A DNA stretch of 45,291 bases from a virus (lineage: Duplodnaviria > Caudoviricetes): IMG/VR virus record IMGVR_UViG_3300020044_000702, positions 1 through 45,291 of that record, one strand, 5' to 3'. The position numbers were made by a program, and so were the translations under genes. The notes beneath the pieces are model-generated. The model worked only from the letters and a program-made list of their open reading frames with translations. It searched no databases and was not told the DNA's origin. Below, piece by piece: positions 33,101 through 42,383 of the stretch (the first letter of the stretch is position 1; each line of letters begins with the position of its first letter).

Positions 33101-36001
33101 TTGTCTTCTATGTACGCTGGGTTTGACAACTTCAAACTGCGCCAAATACTCCCTGCGTTGCAAACTGACGCTGTCGTTCAATGGGCGGATCGCTTAGGTA
33201 TCAAGGGTATCAAAGAGTCTTACCAATACCTCAATGACATGGCGGCGATGCGCAACAAGAGTACGCTGGACATGGTGCCCGTCTCCGAAGATTTGGCTAA
33301 GTTAGCACGTAACTCACCTGAGCAGATGCAGCGTTTGGCCAATGTGATGCACTACTCTACATTGCTGTATCGTGATCCTACTGTGGCTGGCAACTTAACC
33401 AAAGATGCCGACTTGAAAAAGTTGTGGGACGGCTTGACCGACGCAAACAAGAAGCTGTACGAACAAGTGCGCGACTTCTATAAAGCCAACCACGAGCAGT
33501 ACCATGTATTGTTGGAAGAACAGATTGCAAACTCAAAGCTGGCGGGCACTGCTGGAGACGGCAAGTCCCCCAAAGGCAAACTGATTGCTCAGATCAAACA
33601 AATCTACGAAGACGGTAAAAAGCTGTATCCGTACTTCCCGCTGATGCGCTATGGCCAATACTGGTTGCGAATTGGCAAAGGTGTGAACCGCGAGTTCTAC
33701 ATGTTTGAGAACGCCTTTGATCGCAACATGTTCTTGCGCAAGCGTGCTCGTCAATTGCAAGAGGCTGGTTCTACCGAGTCGCTTAAAGAAATGCAAAAAT
33801 CCGGGGTTATTGATACAGGCAATGACTTGTCCGATGCGCGTAAGCGGGACTTGGACGCCAGCGGCATGTTGAAGGAAATCTTTAACTCTATCGACAACGG
33901 AGTGAAAGCTGGCAAAGAAATCGTTGATGACTTTGGTAACACAGTTTCTGCTATGACTAGCATTGATGCTGAAAAACTCAAAGACGAAATCTACCAGATG
34001 TACTTGCAGACTTTGCCTGATCGCAACTTCCGTAGACAGTACATGCACCGTCAGGGTACGGTCGGTTTCAGTGGCGACATTGCTCGTAACTTTGCAGTGA
34101 CCGGCACAAATATGGCCAATCAATTGGCTCGCATCAAGTACGGCCCCAAAATCATGGGTGAGATTGACCGCGCAAATGACATACTTGCGGGTAACCCAGA
34201 CAAAGCCCGCCTTGGTGAGTTCGTTACCGAAATGCGGATGCGTGCTGAGCAGCAAGTTCGCCCTGAATCAGAAGACAGCTTTGGGTATAAAACCTCTGCG
34301 CTGTTGAACTCCTCGGCCTACTTGTGGTTGATGACTTCAGTCAAGACCGCCGCTACTCAGTTGACGGCGCTTCCAATATTTGTTGGCCCAGTACTCACAT
34401 CCAATCACGGGTTCAACCCAGTTAAAGTAGGCGCGGCGCTTGCCAAGTCGATGGCTATTTTTGGTACAAGTGGTATTCGCCGCCAAGCTAAAGACGGCTC
34501 GACCACGTTTGAGTTCCCCTCATACCTGAACAACGGCTTGGTTGAGTTGACTGAAAACCAAAAGCTGGCTGCGCAATACATGGCAGACCGAGGCATCAGC
34601 GACAACACGCTGGCCTACGACCTTGGCAACCGCAGGGATACGCCGACAAACCAACTTGAGGGCGGAGTACGCCGCACCATGCGGACTACAAGCAGAGTAA
34701 TGACCAGCTTGTTCCACCACACTGAGCGCATGATTCGTGAAGTGACATTCATGACTTCTTACGATTTGTACTCCAATCAAATCAACAAAGAAACCGGCAA
34801 GAAGTACACCCACGAAGAAGCCTTGCGTGCAGCCGAAGCTGAAACTCACGAAGCCTTGGGTAACTACCACGCATCCAATCGCCCTCGCGGTTTAGTTGCC
34901 GACGCTGAACGCCAAGTTTTGATTAACGCGCAAAAGCCTGTAGGTCGCACAGTTCTTCAATTCAAAATGTTCCCTGCGTTTGTGACTACGTTCTTTGTCC
35001 GTAACGCTTACCGTGCGCTGGCTGGGCTTGATGCACAAGACCGCGCTAAGGCTATGACTCAGTTGGTTGGCACATTGACCATGTCCACTGCACTTGCTGG
35101 CTACGTCGGTATCCCCGGCGCAACAATGGCTATGGGCGCAATCCAAGGCATGATGAATGCAATGCGCGGCGATGATGAAGATGACCCGTTGGAAGGCCGT
35201 GACTTGGAGTTTTGGTTCCGTAACAAGTGGCTCCCCCAAACTTTTGGCAACATCAAGATTGGCGACCACACGCTTGATGAAATATTGGACAGAGGCTTGA
35301 TTGCCACCATGACTGGCTACGACATTTCTGGTAGCTTGTCTATGAACAATATGTGGGTACCTGACGTAAAAGAGCAGGCCACTTCTGCTGCGGCTATGCA
35401 GGAATATCTTATGTCTTTGCTCGGCCCAAGCGCATCAATCGCGTTCAAACAAATCCCCAACGCTATCGACTCCTTCAACAAGGGCGAAATCATGCGCGGT
35501 ATTGAGCAGTTGGCCCCAGCTTTTGCTCGGGGTTCCATTACCGCTGCTCGGTATGCAAAAGAAGGCGCAACCACCACTTCGGGTGCGGTTATCAAGGAAG
35601 CCGAAGAGTTCACTCAAGGGCAGTTGTTGGCTCAGTCTATGGGTTTTGCCACCGAAGGGCTTGTGGCTCGGCGTGAGGCAATCTTCCACTTGCAAGGGGA
35701 AATCCTAAAAGTGAAGCGAGAGCGCACCAACTTGCTCGACCGCTTGGAGCGTGAGTTAGACAAGGGCTCAGATGCGGACATTGAAAAAGCCTTTGACAAC
35801 GTATTCAAGTTCAACAGCAGAAATCCGTATGACATTATTGGTGGCGACAACATTAAGCAATCAATCAAAAAACAGATTGAGCGCAAGATGAAGTCTGACC
35901 GTGGTATGCCTATTGACAAGAAGTACTATCCACAACTGATTGACTTACTGGAGCCGTCGGAGAAAAAGCTGGAACGTGAGTCAGCTTTGAACCGGAAATA
36001 A
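30113..36001 (+). CDS. Large internal virion / polyvalent protein (1962 aa) with zincin-like HExxH and PLxRFG-like motifs
   Basis: VLHEMLHAA (32492-32506) with downstream EFIAYAMSDPRFQ, YFPLMRYGQYW (33638-33655). Last gene of the structural arm. Confidence 0.78.
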   Translation: MANPFAQFAQPQEEQNPFAQFAKPQEEQNPFAQFAPQQAPQETTANPFTGAIGRVASLAGAGVSAVAEAAERIGDKLELAVPLSGISEEDIKNKNQLQPLFDWAKSLKGFDESLGYQPSTQLKELASNPLKAIPFIAERVITSSPDMVAAAGVLPAYIAARTKEILDERVKNDNKTLDEATVSDVTAAATAAIVEGTLEKFATKGLLKPTTGASITGRVAKEVGVQAGTEAAEEEASYLGEAAGTKKGLSAEEALARGAEAAIVGGGLGAGVQGAKELLAPKAAPIQEPTTTGQSPLELEKIAADLTQRGITNIDPERVAQLQQTFQSMGLDPGSAQYRAVEAATLEAEEKAPTSEEAQGEQNVGQTTTDTGGTSVPVAEQPDTNAAPAGVGITEPSGMVPAGQNVAGTVESKGTQPVAVNEEDRQQAEQDAKVAEARAIAKTNFDTALDQANDPEYGGNIDAALDAYRQNTADTLGEQGKNDSILYADREFDRLTEEYKKQQGELTPEEQAALQEELAAEQAKPDEQHAEEAEIPESVANVIGDLTTLPEEETLEEVTPKGKRGPKGARQTPEQKAASDERRKQQRTNYKQNVKAVDAAENAFNEAIAPVDEETVGGEKSLASAEEDKRIGKIQAIKSLLLLNRALKGTKLGDRVAALLANPAISAQELENVKKGIAAQISKANTQVKVGRADGRFSDMTTGQQALRHVIKTGNAFQKFLAQRLMPFVKDVKFQVIEEDDVLPSQITEGGAVEDWEASRGLFLRIVSTGERFVFVRGISGGPSHGINNVTVLHEMLHAALNKKMDLALDALQTGFDRKSDLAVAYNALLKTMNLVADRVNQMRDEGTLPEFMDDLIAGGKIFEDPREFIAYAMSDPRFQKFLMDTAGHIQQSLFTRFVNNVRQFFNMDAKHTSALSDVVSITDKMITARKTPLMRLSEAAEKLSGNTAQVSSQLKEKKAKTNKILQRMEKSSFADVVRDLPLLVNLRSMQDFTDALSSMYAGFDNFKLRQILPALQTDAVVQWADRLGIKGIKESYQYLNDMAAMRNKSTLDMVPVSEDLAKLARNSPEQMQRLANVMHYSTLLYRDPTVAGNLTKDADLKKLWDGLTDANKKLYEQVRDFYKANHEQYHVLLEEQIANSKLAGTAGDGKSPKGKLIAQIKQIYEDGKKLYPYFPLMRYGQYWLRIGKGVNREFYMFENAFDRNMFLRKRARQLQEAGSTESLKEMQKSGVIDTGNDLSDARKRDLDASGMLKEIFNSIDNGVKAGKEIVDDFGNTVSAMTSIDAEKLKDEIYQMYLQTLPDRNFRRQYMHRQGTVGFSGDIARNFAVTGTNMANQLARIKYGPKIMGEIDRANDILAGNPDKARLGEFVTEMRMRAEQQVRPESEDSFGYKTSALLNSSAYLWLMTSVKTAATQLTALPIFVGPVLTSNHGFNPVKVGAALAKSMAIFGTSGIRRQAKDGSTTFEFPSYLNNGLVELTENQKLAAQYMADRGISDNTLAYDLGNRRDTPTNQLEGGVRRTMRTTSRVMTSLFHHTERMIREVTFMTSYDLYSNQINKETGKKYTHEEALRAAEAETHEALGNYHASNRPRGLVADAERQVLINAQKPVGRTVLQFKMFPAFVTTFFVRNAYRALAGLDAQDRAKAMTQLVGTLTMSTALAGYVGIPGATMAMGAIQGMMNAMRGDDEDDPLEGRDLEFWFRNKWLPQTFGNIKIGDHTLDEILDRGLIATMTGYDISGSLSMNNMWVPDVKEQATSAAAMQEYLMSLLGPSASIAFKQIPNAIDSFNKGEIMRGIEQLAPAFARGSITAARYAKEGATTTSGAVIKEAEEFTQGQLLAQSMGFATEGLVARREAIFHLQGEILKVKRERTNLLDRLERELDKGSDADIEKAFDNVFKFNSRNPYDIIGGDNIKQSIKKQIERKMKSDRGMPIDKKYYPQLIDLLEPSEKKLERESALNRK
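30119..30217 (+). repeat. Three 39-nt-period repeats encoding NPFAQFA(x)PQEEQ
   Basis: NPFAQFA occurs three times at 13-aa spacing, plus a fourth NPF shortly after. Confidence 0.92.
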
Positions 36002-36025
36002 AAAACCCCCGCGCATGGCGGGGGG
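35996..36025 (-). terminator. Intrinsic terminator between the convergent arms
   Basis: CCCCCGC (36006-36012) / GCGGGGG (36018-36024). The A-run at 36000-36005 gives a U-tract on the minus strand. Confidence 0.8.
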
Positions 36026-36069
36026 AAAGGAGGTATCGAAAGGAGCTAACTTTCAGGCGTGAGTTTAAC

Positions 36070-36267
36070 TCAAGTGCGCCAAATCCGTAGCCCTTTCACA
36101 CCATCCACGATCACAACTTTCGTAATCGTGGATATTTTCAACCTTTTTGTTACAGCAGCCAGAGTCTTCCGCGCTGCAACATGGTCAATGCAGGGTACAA
36201 ATATTGATTGGCCGACTCGAAACTTGCTCCAATCAAGCTGATACGAGACTGTCTCGATCTTCATCAA
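36070..36267 (-). CDS. Small conserved protein (possible DNA binding)
   Basis: WSKFRVGQSIFVPC...GLRIWR, directly after the primase. Confidence 0.7.
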   Translation of the reverse strand: MMKIETVSYQLDWSKFRVGQSIFVPCIDHVAARKTLAAVTKRLKISTITKVVIVDGVKGLRIWRT

Positions 36268-39088
36268 TACCCAATATCATGTCGATGCGCAGGAACTCGG
36301 ATTTAGATGCGTCAAACTTCAGGGTGCGAATCGGCGGGGACACGATCTTCATGCCCTTGGACATGCGTTTGTTGCAAGTCTCTGTATACACCTCAAGGTC
36401 GCCCAACTGCTTGAGCAGGTTCTTGTAATTGACCTGCTGCTTGATACAAAAATCTTTGAATTGTTTGGCCGCAACGTAGACATGTTGTGTATCTGGCTCG
36501 TAGCGTACCAGCAACTCCCCTCGGGGTTCCTGTGTCGGCATGGCCGACAAGCTACTTCGGGCATCCACCTCGCCATTGACCACCAGAGTGTTCATCACAT
36601 GGCTGTTCAAAAACTCGCCCAATGTGACGACTGGGGTTGACTGCGGCGGCTTCACATCATGGCGCATCTCGCTGAGCATTCCTTTGAGCCATTCGTAGAC
36701 TGCGGCCATGTCAAAGTCGTGCAAACCAAGATGGCGAGCAATCAGACCACCGGCAATATTACAGGCGGCTGTGGCCGACCAAAAGCGCTCCCGTGCGGTG
36801 AATTGGACTTCCCTGTCCAGTCGGGCCTGAACCTTCTTGACCAAGTCAATCGCTTCTTCCAGATTGTTCACCAGCCATGTAACGTAGATTTCCCCAGCGT
36901 GGCCGTAGTTGTTGTTCAGTTGGTGGTCAAACATCTCCTTGCCCTTGGCCACACCGATCAAGTCATTTGGCTCAATCTTGTACTCAAGTAACCGCACTGA
37001 CTCACCGTCTGGGCTGTTCTTCAAGGCGGTCAATTTCTCGTAGAAGCTGGCGTTGGCTGAGCACAGGGTCATGTTCTGCCATGAGGTGTTGTTGACCCGC
37101 AAAGCGTTGACCTGCGACATTGATCTGTTTTTGCCCCGACCATGACTGATGCCGTACGCCAAGTCTGAGAAGTCCTTGGGGAGCATATTGGTGATCTCGT
37201 CAATGGTGTTGGGTAGGTTGTTCATCACACCCAGTTGTTGCATCTTGGCGTTGAGCGTGTCCTTCTCGATCGACATGAGTTCGTACGGCATTCCATACAC
37301 GCTGTTGCACATGCGCAGAATGGTTGATTTTCCTGATCCGGCGAATTCGTAGATCACGTTGATGATTGCGCCCTTGAGTCCTGTGAACTTCATCAGAGGC
37401 GAACCAAACGCCGTCAGTGCGCCAAACGCATGTGGCTCCATGCCCTTCATTGCGTACAGGTTAAACACTTCCTTCCACTTCTCCATGTCGCCCTTGACAT
37501 GAACCTTCTCGGCAAAGAATTCTGTTGTTGATGACGGTGGGCTGTAGAACGTACCGTCTTTGGTTATCTCCTTGTCGCCCATGATGAACTTGCTATCGTT
37601 CTCGACCCATCCAAATTGTGTTCTCATTGTTTCTGCCTTCTTCGTGTACTGCAAATTTTTCACTGACGTAACAACGTACGTGGCAAGGTTCTCGTACTGC
37701 TTGTGGTGCGCCATTACGCCCTGCTGTGCAAGCTGTTTACGCAACTCGTCTTTCGCTGAGATCGCCGCTGTCGTAATTGCAAACTCCTTCATGCCATCAT
37801 GCGGCAGGTGAAGCCTGAACAGCGCCAACTCCCCAAGCTCCTTGTCCTTCATCCGCTTGACCACATACAGGTCATGCTCGTAAACCAGCTTCGGTTCAGA
37901 TTCTTCATCCTCGGCGGGGCGCACATACACACCGCCCTTCTTACCCCTGAAAAACGGAAACGGATATTCAGGTATTTGGTATTTGGTTTCTCCCTTGTCG
38001 GTCTCAACTGTGACCTCGTTGTCGGCTTCTTCCGCCGCTTCTATTTCTATTCCTAGCACGATAGGTGAAGTGATCTTGCCTTTGTGTGGACACCCATCAC
38101 ATCCACCGGGGTTACGTTCTTCAAATGTTGTGCAGTGGTGTGGCCCACCGCGCTTGCGAATGTTCCTGAGCTTGTTGTCCACCTCTGCGGGGTCATACTC
38201 AGGGTGTTGGTCGGACATCTTGTGCGCCGCTTTGTCCCCATCGGTACAGAACGCTGGAATCGACAGCGCTGACATCCACAGCGGCTCGTCAATCTCGGTT
38301 TGGTTTTCAAAGCAGTAGATAAGCTGTGCGCAACCGTTCTCGCCTTTGAGCATGATGTTCTTGAACTTTTTGACCTTGTTGGCCATCAGTGCTTCCATCA
38401 TCGGACTCATTGCCGCAGGTACGAAGTCGGGCTTTTCTTCTACCACCTTTGGTGCAGGTGCACCAAGTAACTGCCGCATTTGCTCGGCTGGAATCCTTGC
38501 CGAATTCTCGTTCCAAATCTCTACAGGTTTGGGGTTGCTTGGGTCTTTGAAGTTGAATGAATTCATCGGGCGCAGGACACGCGATGCTTCAAACACTTTG
38601 TCATCAACAATCAGGCCGTGCTCTTTGCACAGTTGTTTCAGGCGCTTGGCCAACGGTTCCCACTCAGTGCGGGTCAGCGTCTCTTCAAGTAGCCAGTAAG
38701 CGTGAATGCCGTTACCGGAATTCACCAAGATTGGTTGGGGTAGGCCAACGGCCTTGCAGAACTTTTTGAACTCGGCCAACCCAATGTGTTGGTCAAGGTA
38801 GCCTTCGATTTTTCCCTTGGAGTTTGGTATGCCCTTGGTCGGGCCGCAATCAATGTCCATCCACAATGCGCGGAAGTATTTGGCGTTGTCGTGTGTCCGG
38901 TCATCTGCTTCACCGAACTTGGCGCAACCAAAATAAGCATCAATCTTCTTGCTGACAAACTCCTGAATTATTTTTTCAGCTTCTTCTCTAGTATCTGCAA
39001 ATCGCTGGTCGGGAAACCGCCCTATACCAATCACACAGTACCGTCCCTCCGTTGGGAGTACGGTGTCGAGCAAGTCGAATGTGGACAT
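36233..39088 (-). CDS. Primase-helicase (AEP/RepB-like primase, Cys-rich middle domain, DUF927-like P-loop region)
   Basis: LWMDIDCG, VNSGNGIHAYW, SRVLRP, QFGW, AGSGKST, IDEITN. Confidence 0.82.
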   Translation of the reverse strand: MSTFDLLDTVLPTEGRYCVIGIGRFPDQRFADTREEAEKIIQEFVSKKIDAYFGCAKFGEADDRTHDNAKYFRALWMDIDCGPTKGIPNSKGKIEGYLDQHIGLAEFKKFCKAVGLPQPILVNSGNGIHAYWLLEETLTRTEWEPLAKRLKQLCKEHGLIVDDKVFEASRVLRPMNSFNFKDPSNPKPVEIWNENSARIPAEQMRQLLGAPAPKVVEEKPDFVPAAMSPMMEALMANKVKKFKNIMLKGENGCAQLIYCFENQTEIDEPLWMSALSIPAFCTDGDKAAHKMSDQHPEYDPAEVDNKLRNIRKRGGPHHCTTFEERNPGGCDGCPHKGKITSPIVLGIEIEAAEEADNEVTVETDKGETKYQIPEYPFPFFRGKKGGVYVRPAEDEESEPKLVYEHDLYVVKRMKDKELGELALFRLHLPHDGMKEFAITTAAISAKDELRKQLAQQGVMAHHKQYENLATYVVTSVKNLQYTKKAETMRTQFGWVENDSKFIMGDKEITKDGTFYSPPSSTTEFFAEKVHVKGDMEKWKEVFNLYAMKGMEPHAFGALTAFGSPLMKFTGLKGAIINVIYEFAGSGKSTILRMCNSVYGMPYELMSIEKDTLNAKMQQLGVMNNLPNTIDEITNMLPKDFSDLAYGISHGRGKNRSMSQVNALRVNNTSWQNMTLCSANASFYEKLTALKNSPDGESVRLLEYKIEPNDLIGVAKGKEMFDHQLNNNYGHAGEIYVTWLVNNLEEAIDLVKKVQARLDREVQFTARERFWSATAACNIAGGLIARHLGLHDFDMAAVYEWLKGMLSEMRHDVKPPQSTPVVTLGEFLNSHVMNTLVVNGEVDARSSLSAMPTQEPRGELLVRYEPDTQHVYVAAKQFKDFCIKQQVNYKNLLKQLGDLEVYTETCNKRMSKGMKIVSPPIRTLKFDASKSEFLRIDMILGIDEDRDSLVSA

Positions 39089-39090
39089 TG

Positions 39091-39330
39091 TTATTTGCGC
39101 TTTTTGTGTCGTGCCATGAAACGCTCGATCTGCTCAGAGTAGGCGGGAGATGGGGCGAACTCGCCCCAGAACCAGTTGTAAACCGTCATGCGGCTCACAC
39201 CAAGTTCTTTCGCCACGGCAGTGGCGGTAATCTCCCTCTCTATACAGAAGCGGCCCAAGGCTACGCCCAAAGATTCAGCATCAGCCTTTGAATTGGCTTC
39301 AACTAACTTTTGGCTGTAACCATAGGACAT
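39091..39330 (-). CDS. HTH DNA-binding protein
   Basis: ATAVAKELGVSRMTVYNWFWG. Confidence 0.8.
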   Translation of the reverse strand: MSYGYSQKLVEANSKADAESLGVALGRFCIEREITATAVAKELGVSRMTVYNWFWGEFAPSPAYSEQIERFMARHKKRK

Positions 39331-39333
39331 GCG

Positions 39334-40233
39334 TCAATCCTCGTCTGTTGACCAAGCCGCCGCAACAGAGGCAAGGCTCTTCTTGGCAGTCGGTGCAGGG
39401 GTTTCAGCTTTCTTGGTCTCACGCTTCTTTGGCGCTTCGGCTTCGGCTTCCGGCTCAGCGGCTGGGGCTTCGGCCTTGGGTGCTTCCAACTTCTGCGTAC
39501 GGCCAGACGCATCGGCTTGGTACGGAGTCATGGTGACCATCTTCTGTGTCTCGGGCAGAACAGCGGCTTTACTGGTCACTGCGTACTGCTCCTTATTGAT
39601 GAAGCGCACAGGTGTGAACAGGATGGACTGGTTGTCGTTGTCTTCATTGAAGCTCAACTGTGTAACAACGTAGTCCAAGCTCTTGCCGTTGTTGGCCAAG
39701 TACTTGGTGTAGCTCTCAAAGGGGTGAGTGTTATCGCCAACGCTATCGCCAAACAAAGACTTGGAGGCCAAGTTCATTTGGTACACAGAACCTTCAAGCG
39801 AAGTACCGAAGTCCTCTACCAAGTTCACAGCGATGCGACGTGAGTAGCGGCAAGCCTTGGAGTTACCCATGCCTGAACCCTTGATGTTTTGCTCGCATGT
39901 ATCGCAACGATCAGACTGAGCATTGGTAGAACCAGCGTCAGGCACGTTGCCATCGTTTGAGAAACAGTCGGGTGCAGTTGGCTCGGCTTCGGGAGTCCAC
40001 TGCTTGGCGTAAAAGATACGACCAACTTTGGGAGAAGCATTGATAATGACAACATCCAAGTTGCCCTTGACCTTGCCCATCTCTTCACCGCCAACCACTT
40101 TACGGAAGATTCCGTTCTTGGGGACGATACGTTTAACGCCAGTGCGACCGGCGAGGTTTTTTGTAAGCTCACTGACACCGGCGGTTTGCAGGAAGTCGGG
40201 GAGGTCTTGGTTTAAAAGTGCAATGTTGCTCAT
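39334..40233 (-). CDS. Putative single-stranded DNA-binding protein with Cys motif
   Basis: PDCFSNDG..P, CDTCEQNIKGSG...KACRYSRR, A/E/K/P linker and acidic tail WSTDED. Located in the replication module. Confidence 0.55.
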   Translation of the reverse strand: MSNIALLNQDLPDFLQTAGVSELTKNLAGRTGVKRIVPKNGIFRKVVGGEEMGKVKGNLDVVIINASPKVGRIFYAKQWTPEAEPTAPDCFSNDGNVPDAGSTNAQSDRCDTCEQNIKGSGMGNSKACRYSRRIAVNLVEDFGTSLEGSVYQMNLASKSLFGDSVGDNTHPFESYTKYLANNGKSLDYVVTQLSFNEDNDNQSILFTPVRFINKEQYAVTSKAAVLPETQKMVTMTPYQADASGRTQKLEAPKAEAPAAEPEAEAEAPKKRETKKAETPAPTAKKSLASVAAAWSTDED

Positions 40234-40235
40234 TT

Positions 40236-40670
40236 TCAGTTTTCCTTAGAACGTCTAACAACCACGGTGTATTCACTCTCTACGTTCAAGCCCATAGGGA
40301 GCAGATCGGGATTCTCGGAAAGAAACTCTTTCATGTGTGTCTGATGAAGTCTCTTTTCCAACAGGCCGTACGCATCGTTTTCTTTGATGAAGCGATACAT
40401 AGAATCCCAATCGTTCGTCCAATACCGTGACTTTATTGAACGAACGATCGTGCCAGCTTTTGTGCGAATGCTGTCTGCATTCATTGATTTGCATGTCTCA
40501 AGCATCTCAGCCTCAAGCACACCCATCTGCTCTTCCAGATCGGCGCATTGCTGTTTGTAGTCTGCTGTGAGTTTGTCCTTGGCGTCGCGTATCTTGATGT
40601 AGATACCGGCAAGTTTGTCGAGGGGTAAGGATGAAGAGGTGACTTCGTCCTGAACTTCTAATGCGCTCAT
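40236..40670 (-). CDS. Conserved replication-module protein
   Basis: YIKIRD coiled coil, SIRTKAGT, DWDSMYRFI...LLEKRL...PMGLNV. Confidence 0.72.
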   Translation of the reverse strand: MSALEVQDEVTSSSLPLDKLAGIYIKIRDAKDKLTADYKQQCADLEEQMGVLEAEMLETCKSMNADSIRTKAGTIVRSIKSRYWTNDWDSMYRFIKENDAYGLLEKRLHQTHMKEFLSENPDLLPMGLNVESEYTVVVRRSKEN

Positions 40671-40696
40671 AGTTAGCTCCGTTTGTTTGGGGGGTC

Positions 40697-40726
40697 AGTC
40701 TATCACAGAACTTGACATTGTCAAGT
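40697..40726 (-). promoter_or_regulatory. Sigma70-type promoter whose -35 lies in a 17-bp palindrome
   Basis: Minus strand TTGACA (40724-40719) - 16 nt - TAGACT (40702-40697) with TGn extension. Palindrome ACTTGACA-T-TGTCAAGT at 40710-40726. Confidence 0.65.
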
Positions 40727-42109
40727 ACCTTCAGAAATTATTTCTTGTCGGTAAAGGTCAATGATTTGGTTGTGATTGTTCACGTTGCCTCGTAGGAGGC
40801 TGTACATCCTTGTCTCTATCGGACTGCCGTTTATGTGCACGATTGTCATTGCGTTGACTTGGCCGGGACGGTCAATTCGTGCGTTGGCTTGGAGGTATGT
40901 TTCTACACTGGTACAGGGAGCGTACCAGATGATTGTGTCGGCAGCGGTTAGGGTTAATCCGTGGGATGCCGCTTGCGGTTGGATGATGAGAACTTTGGGT
41001 TCAGGGTTGCTTTGAAAGCGCTGAACAATGTCTGACCGCTTGTTAACACTCACTTCTCCGTTGATGACTTCACAAGTTATGTGGTGCTTGGTCAGGTAGT
41101 CTTTAAGCAGTGCGATGGTATGTGTAAACGGTACAAATATCAGCACCTTGTTACTGCTCTCATCGACCACTTCACGCACCACACTCATGCGGTTGGATAC
41201 ATCAAAGTCCACGACTTCACCAGTGTCGGTGTAGATCGACCCACATGCAATTTGCAACAGCTTGCTGACCTTAACGGCGGCGTTCACCGCAGAGATTTCT
41301 TCCCCATCGGCCTCGATCAACATCTGGGACTTCAGCATTTTGTAGAAGCCCATCTGCTGTGTCGTCATCGGTGCATCACGATCAACGTATGTGATCGGGG
41401 GTAGGTCAATACACTGCCGCTTCTCAAACCTGATGGCGGGTTGAAGTGCTTTGTGAACGATGGTTTTTGCTTCGGGGCGAGGTATCCATCTGAACTCGCT
41501 GATCTTGTACATCACCTGATCTCTAAACTGACCAAAGAACATCGGTATACCGTTGGGGTTAATCAGCTTTGCCAATCCGTAAGCATCCACAGGAGACTGC
41601 GCGGCTGGGGTTCCGGTCAACATCCACAAACCCTTTATAACTTTTGTTAGGTCGCGCAAATCTTTCCAACGATCTGTCTGAGCATTCTTATACGCTGACG
41701 CTTCATCAACCACAATCAAATCGAACCCGCCTTTGAGCAGTTCACTCTTAACGATTCCAACACCATCGAAATTGATAACGACAAACTCTGACCCTGCGTT
41801 GATGATCTCTTTGCGCTTCTTGGCCGAGCCATGCGCTACAGATACCGTGCGATGGATAGCAAACTTAAACAGGTCTACTTGCCATGCAGATTTCATGATC
41901 GACAACGGACAGATCACTAACACACGTCTGACTAAACCCATCTGCATCAAATAATCTACTGCCCAAATCACTGATGCTGTCTTGCCTGTACCTTGCTCGT
42001 TGAAACAAAACGACTTCGGGTTGTTGACAAGAAACTCTGATGTAATTTTCTGATGATCGAACGGAGTGAACCCCGGTGGACGAGGCCACTCATACTCTGA
42101 TATGTTCAT
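40721..42109 (-). CDS. SNF2-family (SF2) helicase
   Basis: QGTGKT, VVDEAS, LTGTP, HGLTLT, QANARIDRPGQ. Confidence 0.9.
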   Translation of the reverse strand: MNISEYEWPRPPGFTPFDHQKITSEFLVNNPKSFCFNEQGTGKTASVIWAVDYLMQMGLVRRVLVICPLSIMKSAWQVDLFKFAIHRTVSVAHGSAKKRKEIINAGSEFVVINFDGVGIVKSELLKGGFDLIVVDEASAYKNAQTDRWKDLRDLTKVIKGLWMLTGTPAAQSPVDAYGLAKLINPNGIPMFFGQFRDQVMYKISEFRWIPRPEAKTIVHKALQPAIRFEKRQCIDLPPITYVDRDAPMTTQQMGFYKMLKSQMLIEADGEEISAVNAAVKVSKLLQIACGSIYTDTGEVVDFDVSNRMSVVREVVDESSNKVLIFVPFTHTIALLKDYLTKHHITCEVINGEVSVNKRSDIVQRFQSNPEPKVLIIQPQAASHGLTLTAADTIIWYAPCTSVETYLQANARIDRPGQVNAMTIVHINGSPIETRMYSLLRGNVNNHNQIIDLYRQEIISEGT

Positions 42110-42381
42110 TTTTTTGGCTTGTTAATTTTGACCGTGTGGTCTGAGTTGCGAGTGAATGAGCGATTGGCGCTCGGCGTTTTGAGTTTAAGATTCCCTTTAG
42201 CATTACTGCCCCCTTTGGAAAGGGGAACCACATGGTCGATGTCCTTTCCAGTACGGTCAATGCCTCGTTTGTCCATCTCGTTTCTTGCACGTTGTCTATC
42301 CATCCTGTCTTCATGTTCACCGCGAGCTTTCTGCTGTTGGTATTCTTTTTTGTAGGGGCGGGGTTTGTTTACGTAGGGCAT
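42106..42381 (-). CDS. Small HNH nuclease-like protein
   Basis: Start ATG 42381 (MPYVNKPRPYKKEY). GKDIDHVVPLSKGGSN...NL......NRS. Confidence 0.75.
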   Translation of the reverse strand: MPYVNKPRPYKKEYQQQKARGEHEDRMDRQRARNEMDKRGIDRTGKDIDHVVPLSKGGSNAKGNLKLKTPSANRSFTRNSDHTVKINKPKK

Positions 42382-42383
42382 GA

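Noticed and set aside
32027-34255. Long minus-strand ORFs (32027-32848, 33533-34255) and similar ones at 1949-2554 and 10367-11026
   Set aside because: Antisense to well-supported genes and explained by codon bias.
39151-39168. Inverted repeat TGGGGCGA-AC-TCGCCCCA
   Set aside because: Inside the HTH coding sequence, no U-tract, single occurrence, compatible with chance.
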